A stretch of DNA of 49,170 nt. Source: an uncultured delta proteobacterium. Lineage in GTDB: Bacteria > Myxococcota > Myxococcia > Myxococcales > Myxococcaceae. Both the position numbers and the translations under genes were made by a program. The notes below the pieces were generated by a model. That model saw only the letters and a program-made list of their open reading frames with translations, did not search any database and was not told the origin of the DNA. The stretch spans positions 1 through 49,170 of the forward strand of contig CAVZMH010000023.1 in assembly GCA_963776345.1 (NCBI GenBank), read 5' to 3'. Of the stretch, positions 1 to 11,072 are shown one piece after another (position 1 is the stretch's first letter; each line of letters opens with the position of its first letter).

Positions 1-181
1 GAAGTTCCTGGTCGGCAAGCGCCCGGACGCGGCGACGCTGGGCGAGGCAGCGCAGCGAGCCGCCAAGGCGAGCTCACCCTCGGCCGATCGCCGAGGGTCG
101 GTGGAATACAAGCGAGACATGGCGCGGGTCCTCTCCGGGCGCGCGCTGAAGATCGCGGTCGAACGCGCGGGAGGGCGGTAG
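1..181 (+). CDS. coxM: 3' end of CO dehydrogenase medium (FAD) subunit, truncated by the window edge
   Basis: Frame from position 2 reads [59 protein letters not shown], with the DxRGSxEYKR motif of the CoxM C-terminal domain; directly upstream of coxS. Confidence 0.85.
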   Translation, partial: KFLVGKRPDAATLGEAAQRAAKASSPSADRRGSVEYKRDMARVLSGRALKIAVERAGGR

Positions 182-183
182 CC

Positions 184-654
184 ATGGCGACGCACACCAT
201 CCGGGTGACGGTGAACGGGACGGCGCACGAGGTCCAGGTCGAGTCCCGCCTGCTCCTGGTGCACCTGATCCGGGATCAGCTCCTGCTCACCGGCACGCAC
301 ATCGGCTGTGACACCACCCACTGCGGGGCCTGCACGATTCTCCTCGACGGGCAGCCGGTGAAGTCCTGCACCATCCTGGCGGTGCAGGCCAACGGACGCG
401 AGATCTCCACCGTCGAGGGCCTGGAGAAGGACGGGAAGCTGCACCCGCTGCAGGAAGGCTTCTGGGAGAAGCACGGGCTGCAGTGCGGCTACTGCACGCC
501 GGGCATGCTGATGACCAGCTGCGCGCTCCTGGCCCGGAACAAGAACCCCAGCGAGGCGGAGATCCGCGAGGCCATCTCCGGAAACCTCTGCCGCTGCACC
601 GGGTACGTGAACATCGTCAAGGCAATCCAGTACGCGGCCGAGCGGTCGCGCTAG
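184..654 (+). CDS. coxS: CO dehydrogenase small subunit, two [2Fe-2S] clusters
   Basis: [10 protein letters not shown]...C and QCGYC...CRC motifs; M-S-L gene order. Confidence 0.95.
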   Translation: MATHTIRVTVNGTAHEVQVESRLLLVHLIRDQLLLTGTHIGCDTTHCGACTILLDGQPVKSCTILAVQANGREISTVEGLEKDGKLHPLQEGFWEKHGLQCGYCTPGMLMTSCALLARNKNPSEAEIREAISGNLCRCTGYVNIVKAIQYAAERSR

Positions 655-664
655 GAGGCACGCC

Positions 665-3031
<2,367 letters not shown>

Positions 3032-3033
3032 CG

Positions 3034-3765
3034 ATGACCGCCGTCGTTCCCATCGACCGCCCCGAGCGCCGTCCGGTCTGGCCCTTCCTCCTGGGCCTCG
3101 CCGGGCTGACGGGGCTCGGGTGGGGCTGGTCGTTGCATCTGGCGACCGCCGGGCACCACGGGCTTTCCCTCGGCGCCCGGATCCTGATGTGGACGACGAT
3201 GATGGTGGGGATGATGGTTCCCCCCGAGGTGCCCATGCTGCTCCGGCTGGTCCGGGGCGAGAGCACCGGGCGGTGGCGGGCCCTGGCGGACGCCTCGGCG
3301 CTGCTCGGCGGCTACCTGGCGGTCTGGAGCGCGGCCAGCGCGGGGATGGCCGTGCTCGACGCGCGGCTCGGTGCCTGGGGACTGATGACCCACGAGATGG
3401 CCTCCCAGAGCATTCCCCTCGACGTGGCCATTCTCGGGGCGGCGGGGCTGGTGCAGCTCTCGCCCTGGAAGGCGGCGTGCCTCGAGCGCTGTCGTTCCAT
3501 CCCCGAGGAGCTGCGGGCGCGCTCGATCCACCCCTTCCGCTCCGGACTCGGGCACGGCGCGGTCTCCGTCTCCTCCTGTGGCGTCCTGATGCTGGTCCTC
3601 CTGGTGGTCGGAGCGATGAACTGGGTGGCGATGGCGCTGCTCACCGCGTTCGTCGTCGTCGAGCGGGTGCTCCCGGCGCCGGTGGCCACGCTGCTGGGGC
3701 GACTCGGTGGAGTGGGCCTGCTTGCGTGGGGAGGCGGGCTGGCGCTGAGATCGGTCGGGTCGTGA
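3034..3765 (+). CDS. DUF2182-like predicted metal-binding integral membrane protein
   Basis: Several hydrophobic segments, WTTMMVGMMVP and QLSPWKAACLERCR motifs; 2 bp after the coxL stop. Confidence 0.75.
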   Translation: MTAVVPIDRPERRPVWPFLLGLAGLTGLGWGWSLHLATAGHHGLSLGARILMWTTMMVGMMVPPEVPMLLRLVRGESTGRWRALADASALLGGYLAVWSAASAGMAVLDARLGAWGLMTHEMASQSIPLDVAILGAAGLVQLSPWKAACLERCRSIPEELRARSIHPFRSGLGHGAVSVSSCGVLMLVLLVVGAMNWVAMALLTAFVVVERVLPAPVATLLGRLGGVGLLAWGGGLALRSVGS

Positions 3766-4883
3766 GGGAACTCCAGGACATCGTCCGCGGCTGGGCCGAG
3801 CTCCGCGCGGCCGGCCAACCCGTCGTGCTGGCCACGGTGGTTGCCACCAGCGGCTCGACGTACCGGCGGCCCGGGGCGCGGCTGCTCCTCTCGGCCGAGC
3901 GGTGGATCGCCGGCGGCATCAGCGGTGGGTGCCTCGAGCGGGACGTGCTGAGCAAGGCCTGGTGGCGAACGCGGGAGGGACCGCTGGTCGTCACCTACGA
4001 TTCGACCTCGGCGGACGACGAGGAGACCTGGACCTTCGGGCTGGGGTGCAACGGCCGGGTGGACGTGCTCCTGGAGCGGCTTCCGCGGGACGGAGAGACG
4101 CACCCCCTGGAGTTCATCACCGGGTGCGTGGGCGCGCGGAGGACGGGGGTGCTGGCGACGGTGTTCCGGGGCGCGGGGCCGGTCCAGGTGGGGCAGCGGC
4201 TGCTGCGGGACGGGGCGGCCGTCCTCTCCGACCTGCCGGCCGGGCCGGTGCGGGAGCGGGTGCTCGCCGAGTCCGAGGCAGCGCTCGCCGAGAGGAAGAC
4301 GCGAACGCTCCGGGTGGAGGTGGAGGGCGGACCGGTGGAGGTGCTGGTGGAGGCCATCCGCCCGCCACGGGCGCTGGCGGTGTTCGGCACTGGCCAGGAC
4401 GCGGTGCCGCTGGTCCGCCTGGCCGCCACCCTCGGCTTCCACGTCACGGTGGTGTCAAACACCTCCGGCGGGGCTCCCGCCGACCTCTTCCAGGAGGCGC
4501 AGGTCCGGGTCACGGCCAGCCCATCCGCGGTCAAGGGGAAGCTGGTCCTGGAGCCGGATTCCGCCGTGATCGTGATGACGCACAACCTGGGTCACGATCG
4601 CGGGTACCTACGCTTTGCGCTCGAGTCCGGCTGCCCCTACGTGGGCGTGCTCGGTCCGCGCGCACGAACGGAACGCCTCCTGGACGAGCTGCGTGAAGGC
4701 GGCTTCTCCCCGACGGATCGGCAGCGAGCGTCTCTCTACAGCCCGGTGGGGCTGAACCTGGGCGCGGAGCAACCGGAGGAGATCGCGCTCTCGATCCTCT
4801 CCGAGATCCAGGCCCGATTCAGCGGCGAGGATGCCCAGAGCCTGCGGCTTCGCCCGGGCCCCATCCACGCACGCTCGGGTTGA
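3762..4883 (+). CDS. XdhC/CoxF-family molybdenum cofactor insertion chaperone
   Basis: GTG start overlaps the upstream TGA (GTGA); GSTYRRPGA, SGGCLE, GLGCNG, MTHN and PVGLNLGAEQPEEIALSI motifs. Confidence 0.9.
   Translation: MRELQDIVRGWAELRAAGQPVVLATVVATSGSTYRRPGARLLLSAERWIAGGISGGCLERDVLSKAWWRTREGPLVVTYDSTSADDEETWTFGLGCNGRVDVLLERLPRDGETHPLEFITGCVGARRTGVLATVFRGAGPVQVGQRLLRDGAAVLSDLPAGPVRERVLAESEAALAERKTRTLRVEVEGGPVEVLVEAIRPPRALAVFGTGQDAVPLVRLAATLGFHVTVVSNTSGGAPADLFQEAQVRVTASPSAVKGKLVLEPDSAVIVMTHNLGHDRGYLRFALESGCPYVGVLGPRARTERLLDELREGGFSPTDRQRASLYSPVGLNLGAEQPEEIALSILSEIQARFSGEDAQSLRLRPGPIHARSG
4451..4466 (+). repeat. REP-like palindromic 16-mer GGTGTCAAACACCTCC inside the XdhC coding sequence
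   Basis: Exact match to copies at 10078, 12034, 12146, 28788 and 43850 (reverse complement). Confidence 0.8.
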
Positions 4884-4889
4884 TCGGCA

Positions 4890-5813
4890 TCAGGCGGCAA
4901 GCTGGGCTGGTGGAGACGTCGGCCAGAGGAATGGCCGGAACGCACGCTCGGGAAACTGCGCCTGGAAGTCACCGGCCTTCCAGCGTACTGAGGCTTCGCG
5001 GAACGCCGCGGCGAACGCGCGGTAGCGCTCGCGGAACTCCTCTCGGAGCGCCGCAACCGTGGCGTGGCAGAGCGGCCGTGGCTTCCGCTTCGGGCGAGCG
5101 GGCCTGTGCTGCGGGCGTTGCCGCAACACCCCCGCCACTCCGAGAACTCGCCGGTACGTGCCGGCTGCCTCCCTCTCGATGGCCTCCGTCGCCCGGCGCA
5201 GGAAGCGTCCGAGTGCCCCGCGCTCGCGAAGACTCTCGATCGGGAGCGGAGTGAGCGCGAGCTCCTCTTGGTCGACCCACCGCTCGTCGAAGCGCGACCG
5301 CTTTCTGAAGATCTCGCTGCTGTTCGAGCGACGAGTCCAGTCGAACCACGGAAATGTCCTCGGTTTCCCATCCAGCATGAGCCGGAGCGAGCTCAGGCCC
5401 GGCCACTCCTCACACCTCCGGACGCCTCCTTCCTTCACCCCGTGGGCGAGGAGGTAGCGGACCCGATCCAGCAGTGCCGCCTCATCGAGCACCGGCTGCG
5501 CCGAGTACCTGCGCTCCCAGAATGCGCCTCGCCAGCCAGTGAGCAGGCCAACCTTCTTCGAGATGTTCGTCGACAGGTGCTGCATGAACCGGGGCAGATT
5601 CCCCAGTGGCGCCCGGACGAGCAGATGCATGTGGTTCGAGGCGAAGGCGAACGCGAACAACTCCACTCCGGTTAGCCGGACCGACCTCGCCAGTACACCG
5701 CCGAGGACCTCGTTCGTCCGCTTCGACGGACGGAGCAGATAGCGGCCGTGGATGCACCGCAGGGTGACCAGATAGATCTCCCCCGGAACGAACATGCGAA
5801 GCGGCCAGCCCAT
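4890..5813 (-). mobile_element. REP-associated tyrosine transposase (RAYT/TnpA-REP, Y1 HUH family)
   Basis: ATG at 5813 (MGWPLR...); YLVTLRC N-terminal motif, HUH motif SNHMHLL, FWERRY, catalytic-Tyr segment RYLLAHGVKEG; palindromic repeat cluster just upstream. Confidence 0.85.
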
Positions 5814-5854
5814 CGTGTGGTACCCCCTTTTCGGGGGAACCCAAGCAGGACCCG

Positions 5855-5930
5855 GGCCACCGAGGTGTCCGGCCACCGAGGTGTCGGCCACCGAGGTGTC
5901 GACACCTCGGTGGACACCTCCGGTGGAGGT
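5855..5930. repeat. REP-like cluster upstream of the RAYT gene
   Basis: GGCCACCGAGGTGTC at 5855, 5871 and 5886; perfect 26-bp palindrome CCACCGAGGTGTCGACACCTCGGTGG at 5888-5913; ACCTCC-GGT-GGAGGT hairpin at 5916-5930. Confidence 0.85.
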
Positions 5931-7349
5931 TCAGCGGCTGGTGGCCTTGAGCGCGCCGCCGATCTCCTCGTAGAGGTAGATGGCGCTCCTCACCGCCTTC
6001 TCCCAGTCGCCCAGGTGGAGGCTCTCGTTCTCCGAGTGGGCGTTGGTGTACGGGTCCTCGACGCCGATCAGGAGCGCGGGAACGCCACCCAGCTCCCGGG
6101 CGAACGGCTCGACGAACGGGATGCTGCCCCCGCACCCGATGGTCACCGGGTCCGCGCCGTAGCCCTTCTTCAGCGCCCGGAACGCCGCCTGGAACGCCGG
6201 GTGGTCCGCGTCCGTGTACCACCACCCCGCCGCGTCGTCCGGGTGGACCTTCACCTCCAGCCCCCAGGGCGCCGCCTTCTCCAGAGCGTCAATCAGCCGT
6301 CGCTGCACGTCCTGCGGATCCAGGTTGGGCACCAGCCGCACCCCCACCCGCGCCCAGGCCGAGTCGCAGATGATGTTTCGCGCGTCCTTCCGGGTACTGG
6401 CCTGGAACGCGTTGACGGCGATCGACGGCTGCCGCCAGTTCATCTCCCAAGGATGCATGCCGTTGCCGAGCAGCTCCACCCCGGGCAGCAGCCCGGCCTG
6501 CTTCCGGAAATGCGCCTCGTCTCCCGGCAGCGCGGCGATGCTCCTCCGCTCGGCCTCGGTCAGTGGCTTCACCTGCTCACGGATGCCCGGGATGGCGACG
6601 GAGCCGTCCGGGTTCGTGAGCGAGGCGAGCATCCGGCACAGCCCCATCACCGGGTCCGGGACGGGCCCGCCCCACATCCCGGAGTGCACCGACTGCTTCA
6701 GCGCCCGGACCTCCACGCTGAGCACCACGATGCCGCGCAGGGCCGTGGTGATGGATGGAAGCCCGGTGTCGAAGTTGCTCGTGTCGGTCAGGACGATGGC
6801 GTCCGCCTGGAGCAGCTTCGCGTTCTTCTTGAGGAACGCGGTGAGGTGCCCCGACCCGACCTCCTCCTCGCCCTCCACGACGATCTTCACGTTCAGCGGG
6901 AGCCCGCCACCGCCCTTGCGCCAGGACTCGACCGCCGAGGTGTGGACCACCACGCCTGCCTTGTCGTCCGCCGCACCCCGCCCGTAGAGCCGCGGGCTGT
7001 CGTCCGGCGGTCCCTTCCGCTCCACCGGCTCGAAGGGCGGGCTCGCCCACGCCGCCTCGTCCCCGGCCGGCTGCACGTCGTGGTGCGCGTAGAGCAGGAG
7101 CGTCGGCTTGCCGGGCGCCTCGAGGATCTCCCCGTAGACGTACGGGTGCGCCCCCTCCACCTCGAGCAGCTGCACGTTGGAGAAGCCACGCTCGCGCAGG
7201 AGGCTCGCCGTGGCCTCCGCGCTGGCCCGCACCTTCCCCGCGTCGAACCCCGGGAACGAGACCGAGGGGATGCGCACCAGCTTCTTGAGATTGTCCAGAT
7301 AGCCGTCGCGGTGGGCGGCGAAGTGCTTCAGGGCTTGCTCGGTGGCCAT
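5931..7349 (-). CDS. M20 family metallopeptidase (CNDP-like dipeptidase)
   Basis: YAHHDVQP, GRGAADDK, EGEEE, GGSIPF and HSENE metal-binding motifs. Confidence 0.92.
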   Translation of the reverse strand: MATEQALKHFAAHRDGYLDNLKKLVRIPSVSFPGFDAGKVRASAEATASLLRERGFSNVQLLEVEGAHPYVYGEILEAPGKPTLLLYAHHDVQPAGDEAAWASPPFEPVERKGPPDDSPRLYGRGAADDKAGVVVHTSAVESWRKGGGGLPLNVKIVVEGEEEVGSGHLTAFLKKNAKLLQADAIVLTDTSNFDTGLPSITTALRGIVVLSVEVRALKQSVHSGMWGGPVPDPVMGLCRMLASLTNPDGSVAIPGIREQVKPLTEAERRSIAALPGDEAHFRKQAGLLPGVELLGNGMHPWEMNWRQPSIAVNAFQASTRKDARNIICDSAWARVGVRLVPNLDPQDVQRRLIDALEKAAPWGLEVKVHPDDAAGWWYTDADHPAFQAAFRALKKGYGADPVTIGCGGSIPFVEPFARELGGVPALLIGVEDPYTNAHSENESLHLGDWEKAVRSAIYLYEEIGGALKATSR

Positions 7350-7422
7350 GGCTCGCTCCTTACCATTGCTCCAACCCCCCGGCGTGCACTGGAGTGGAGC
7401 CGCACCACCTCTAGGAGGGCCG

Positions 7423-9849
7423 ATGCCGGACTACGAGAAGCTGGGCGTCTTTTACCTGGGCCGGCGCTGGGACCCGAAGACCCGGAAGACCCAGCCCGAG
7501 CTCCTGCTCTACGACTCGAAGGACCTCACCACCCACGGGGTCTGCGTCGGGATGACCGGGAGCGGGAAGACCGGGCTCTGCATCGGGTTGCTCGAGGAGG
7601 CGGCCCTCGACGGCATCCCCGCCCTGGCGATCGACCCGAAGGGCGACCTGGCGAACCTGGCCCTCACCTTCCCCTCGCTCGCCCCGGCGGACTTTCGCCC
7701 CTGGGTGGACCCGGACGAGGCCAAGAAGCAGGGGCTGTCTCCGGACCAGCTCGCGGAGAAGACGGCCGCCACCTGGAAGCAGGGGCTCGCGGACTGGGGT
7801 GAGGACGGGGCGCGCATCGCCCGCTTCCGCGAGGCCTGCGAGGTGGCCATCTACACGCCCGCGAGCAAGGCCGGCCGGCCGCTCGCGCTCCTTCGCACCT
7901 TCACCGCGCCACCGCAGGCGGTGCTCGAGGACGAGGAGGCGCTGCGAGCCCGGGTGCAGGGCGCGGTCTCGGGGCTCCTGGCGCTGGCGGGCATCGAGTC
8001 GGACCCGATGCAGGGTCGCGAGCACATCCTCCTCTCGCAGCTGGTCCAGCGGGCATGGGCCGCCGGACAGGACGTCGACCTCCCCGGGCTCATCCAGGGC
8101 GTGCAACGGCCGCCCTTCGACAAGGTGGGTGTGCTCGACCTCGAGTCCTTCTACCCGGGCAAGGACCGCGCCGGGCTCGCCCTGGCGCTCAACAACGTGC
8201 TCGCCTCGCCGGGCGCGGCGGCCTGGGCCGAGGGGGAGCCGCTCGACGTCCAGAAGCTCCTCTGGACGCCAGCCGGCAAGCCGCGCATCGCGGTGCTCTC
8301 CATCGCGCACCTCTCGGACGCGCAGCGGATGTTCTTCGTCACCACGCTGCTGAGCGAGGTGCTGGCGTGGATGCGCACCCAGTCGGGCACCAGCTCGCTC
8401 CGGGCGCTGGTCTACATGGACGAGATCTTCGGCTACTTCCCGCCGAGCGCCGCGCCGCCCTCGAAGCTGCCGATGCTGACGCTCCTCAAGCAGGCCCGCG
8501 CGTTCGGTGTGGGGGTGCTGCTCGCCACCCAGAACCCGGTGGACCTCGACTACAAGGGTCTGGCCAACGCCGGGACCTGGTTCATCGGGCGGCTGCAGAC
8601 CGAGCGCGACAAGCTGCGGGTGCTCGACGGGCTCCAGGGGGCGATGGACACGGCGAGCCACGCGTTCGACCGGCAGGAGATGGACCGACTGCTCTCGGGG
8701 CTCGGCTCGCGCGTCTTCCTGCTCAACGACGTGCACGAGGACGCACCCGAGCTGTTCCAGACGCGCTGGACCCTCTCCTACCTGCGTGGGCCGCTGAACA
8801 AGGAGCAGATCCAGATGCTCACCGCGGGCCAGCGCGCCGGGGGCGCGGCGACCGAGGCTGCGGCGAGCCCCGCGCCGAGCTCCCCCCACCCGAGCGCCAC
8901 GGGACGGAGACCGGTGCTCCCGGCGGGCACCTCCGAGGGGTTCCTCCCTGCCACCGCCGGCGCCGGCGCCCTGAGCTATCGGCCGGCCATCCTCGGCCAG
9001 GCGCGCCTGCACTACGTCGACAAGAAGTCCGCGGTGGACGCCTGGGAGTCGGTGGCCCTGCTCGCGCCGGTGGACGGGAGCAGCGTCCAGTGGGACCAGG
9101 CCCAGGAGCTTCCGGGCGACGCAGGGTCTCGCCTGGCCAGCGCTCCGGCCGAGGGAGCCACCTTCGAGGATGCCCCGGCCGCGGTGACCAATGCCGGCTC
9201 CTGGAACGAGTGGAAGAAGTCGCTGGCCGCAGCGCTGTACCAGTCCCGGCCGCTGAAGCTCTTCCGGTGCGACGCCCTGGACGCGGTCTCGACCCCGGGG
9301 GAATCGCTCGCCGAGTTCAAGGCGCGGCTGACCCACTCGGGGCGCGAGCAGCGCGACGCGGACGTCGAGGCGCTGCGGAGGCGCTGGGCCCCGAAGCTGC
9401 AGACGCTCCAGAACGCGGTCCAGCGAGCGCAGAAGGCGCTGGCGGATCAGGAGTCGCAGGCGTCGGGACAGACGCTGGACACGGTGGTCACGGTGGGCAC
9501 GACGCTCCTCGGAGCCTTCCTCGGGCGGAAGACGGTGAGCGTCACCAACCTGAACCGCGCGCGGACCGCGCTCCGGAGCGGCAGCCGGACGGTGAAGGAG
9601 CGCCAGGACGTCGGCACCGCAACCCAGCAGCTCGAGTCCGCGAAGAAGCAGCTCGCCGACGCCGAGGCAGAGTTCGGCGAGGAGACCGAGAAGCTGCAGG
9701 CCTCGGCGGCGCCCGAGGCGCTGGCGATGGTGGAGTTCACCATCTCCGCGCGCAAGTCGGACATCGCGGTGGGGAACCTGCTCCTCGCCTGGAGTCCCTG
9801 GCGCTCAGGCGCCGACGGCATCCCGGCGCCCGCGTCGGCCCTGGGCTGA
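7423..9849 (+). CDS. HerA/FtsK-like P-loop ATPase (DUF87/DUF853-like)
   Basis: AGGAGG RBS before ATG 7423; Walker A GMTGSGKT, IDPKGD, Walker B YMDE, ARAFG and ATQNP; coiled-coil-like C-terminus. Confidence 0.85.
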   Translation: MPDYEKLGVFYLGRRWDPKTRKTQPELLLYDSKDLTTHGVCVGMTGSGKTGLCIGLLEEAALDGIPALAIDPKGDLANLALTFPSLAPADFRPWVDPDEAKKQGLSPDQLAEKTAATWKQGLADWGEDGARIARFREACEVAIYTPASKAGRPLALLRTFTAPPQAVLEDEEALRARVQGAVSGLLALAGIESDPMQGREHILLSQLVQRAWAAGQDVDLPGLIQGVQRPPFDKVGVLDLESFYPGKDRAGLALALNNVLASPGAAAWAEGEPLDVQKLLWTPAGKPRIAVLSIAHLSDAQRMFFVTTLLSEVLAWMRTQSGTSSLRALVYMDEIFGYFPPSAAPPSKLPMLTLLKQARAFGVGVLLATQNPVDLDYKGLANAGTWFIGRLQTERDKLRVLDGLQGAMDTASHAFDRQEMDRLLSGLGSRVFLLNDVHEDAPELFQTRWTLSYLRGPLNKEQIQMLTAGQRAGGAATEAAASPAPSSPHPSATGRRPVLPAGTSEGFLPATAGAGALSYRPAILGQARLHYVDKKSAVDAWESVALLAPVDGSSVQWDQAQELPGDAGSRLASAPAEGATFEDAPAAVTNAGSWNEWKKSLAAALYQSRPLKLFRCDALDAVSTPGESLAEFKARLTHSGREQRDADVEALRRRWAPKLQTLQNAVQRAQKALADQESQASGQTLDTVVTVGTTLLGAFLGRKTVSVTNLNRARTALRSGSRTVKERQDVGTATQQLESAKKQLADAEAEFGEETEKLQASAAPEALAMVEFTISARKSDIAVGNLLLAWSPWRSGADGIPAPASALG

Positions 9850-9853
9850 GCGC

Positions 9854-9917
9854 CCGTCCGCGGTGTCGGCCGTCCGAGGTGTCGGTGTCGGCCGTCCGAG
9901 GTGTCAAACACCTCGGA
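9854..9917. repeat. REP-like cluster between convergent genes
   Basis: Three CCGTCCG(A/C)GGTGTC units ending in the hairpin TCCGAGGTGT-CAA-ACACCTCGGA (9895-9917). Confidence 0.85.
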
Positions 9918-11040
9918 TCGGCTCCCAGACGCCCAGAACCACGGGGATTCCGCCATTCCGGAGCGGGTGCACCCGGTCCGGCTCCCGCCCTCCCACGCGG
10001 CGGAGGCGTTCGGGGTCATCGACGAGGAGCGCCTGACGCCACGCGGCGAACGGGCCGGTGAGAACGCGGGCGAGCGCGGTGTCAAACACCTCCGGGGCCG
10101 CCGGGGCGCTCACCCGCTTCCCGTAGGGGAGGTTCGAGACCAGGAGGCCGGGGGGGAGCTCTCCCGGACGCAGGTTCGCCACGCCGAGCCGCTCGAGGCG
10201 AACGTCCGAGGCCACCCCGGCCCGGCGGGCGTTGCGCCGCGCCGTCCCGAGCGCTCCCGCATTCAGGTCGCTGCCCACCACGGGGGCCGGCGCGTGCGGC
10301 CGGACCCGCGCCCGGAGCCGCTCCCGATGCCCGCCCCAGTCCACCGTGCTCGCGAGCGGCCACCCCTCCGCGGCGAATCCTCGACCGAGCCCCGGAGCCA
10401 CCCCGCGCGCGATCAGCGCGGCCTCGATGATCAGCGTCCCCGAACCGCACATCGGATCCCAGACCGGCCGGTCCGGAGCATGTCCGGAGAGCGCCAGCAC
10501 CCCCGCCGCCAGCGTCTCGCGCATCGGCGCCCGCGACACCTCCTGCCGCCACCCGCGCCGGTGGAGCAGCGCACCCCCCACGTCGGCCGAGAGCGACACC
10601 GCTCCGTCCACCGCGCGCAGCACCAGCCGCGGCGCCTCTCCCTCGCGCGTGTCCCCCGTCGCCCGCTCCACCGGACGAGCCCAGGCCCGCGACAGCAGGG
10701 ACGGCAACGCACCGGTGCCGGGAGCCCCAGGGAGCCGGACCACCGCCTCGAGCGTCACCGGCGCTGCCCGGGGCGCGATCCCGTCCAGCCGCACCGCCGA
10801 GAGCACGGCCTCGACGTCGCTCCAGCGTCGCGCGGGCGACTCGGCCAGCCGCAGGAGGACCCGCTCCGCCACCCGAAGCACCAGCGCCGCCTCCGCGTGG
10901 ACCCCGGGCGCGCCGTCCAGCTCGACGCCTCCGGACACCCGGCGCACGCGGCCCAGCGGCATCGCCTCCGCCGCCAGCACCTCCTCGAGCCCCGGGGGGG
11001 CCTGGAGGAACACCCGCTCGGTCGCTGGTAGCTGGCCCAT
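9904..11040 (-). CDS. THUMP-domain RNA methyltransferase (RlmL N-terminal-like)
   Basis: LHRRGWR, APMRETLAA, DPMCGSGT and SNLPYG motifs; start placed at ATG 11040. Confidence 0.85.
   Translation of the reverse strand: MGQLPATERVFLQAPPGLEEVLAAEAMPLGRVRRVSGGVELDGAPGVHAEAALVLRVAERVLLRLAESPARRWSDVEAVLSAVRLDGIAPRAAPVTLEAVVRLPGAPGTGALPSLLSRAWARPVERATGDTREGEAPRLVLRAVDGAVSLSADVGGALLHRRGWRQEVSRAPMRETLAAGVLALSGHAPDRPVWDPMCGSGTLIIEAALIARGVAPGLGRGFAAEGWPLASTVDWGGHRERLRARVRPHAPAPVVGSDLNAGALGTARRNARRAGVASDVRLERLGVANLRPGELPPGLLVSNLPYGKRVSAPAAPEVFDTALARVLTGPFAAWRQALLVDDPERLRRVGGREPDRVHPLRNGGIPVVLGVWEPIRGV
10078..10093 (+). repeat. REP-like 16-mer inside the methyltransferase coding sequence
   Basis: Exact GGTGTCAAACACCTCC, encoding EVFDT on the minus strand. 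Confidence 0.8.
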
Positions 11041-11072
11041 CGCGCGACGCGCCGTTATGCCAGCATCCAGCC

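Noticed and set aside
4890..5813. IS200/IS605 insertion sequence
   Set aside because: No tnpB; the protein is much longer than IS200 TnpA; motifs and dispersed palindromes fit a RAYT
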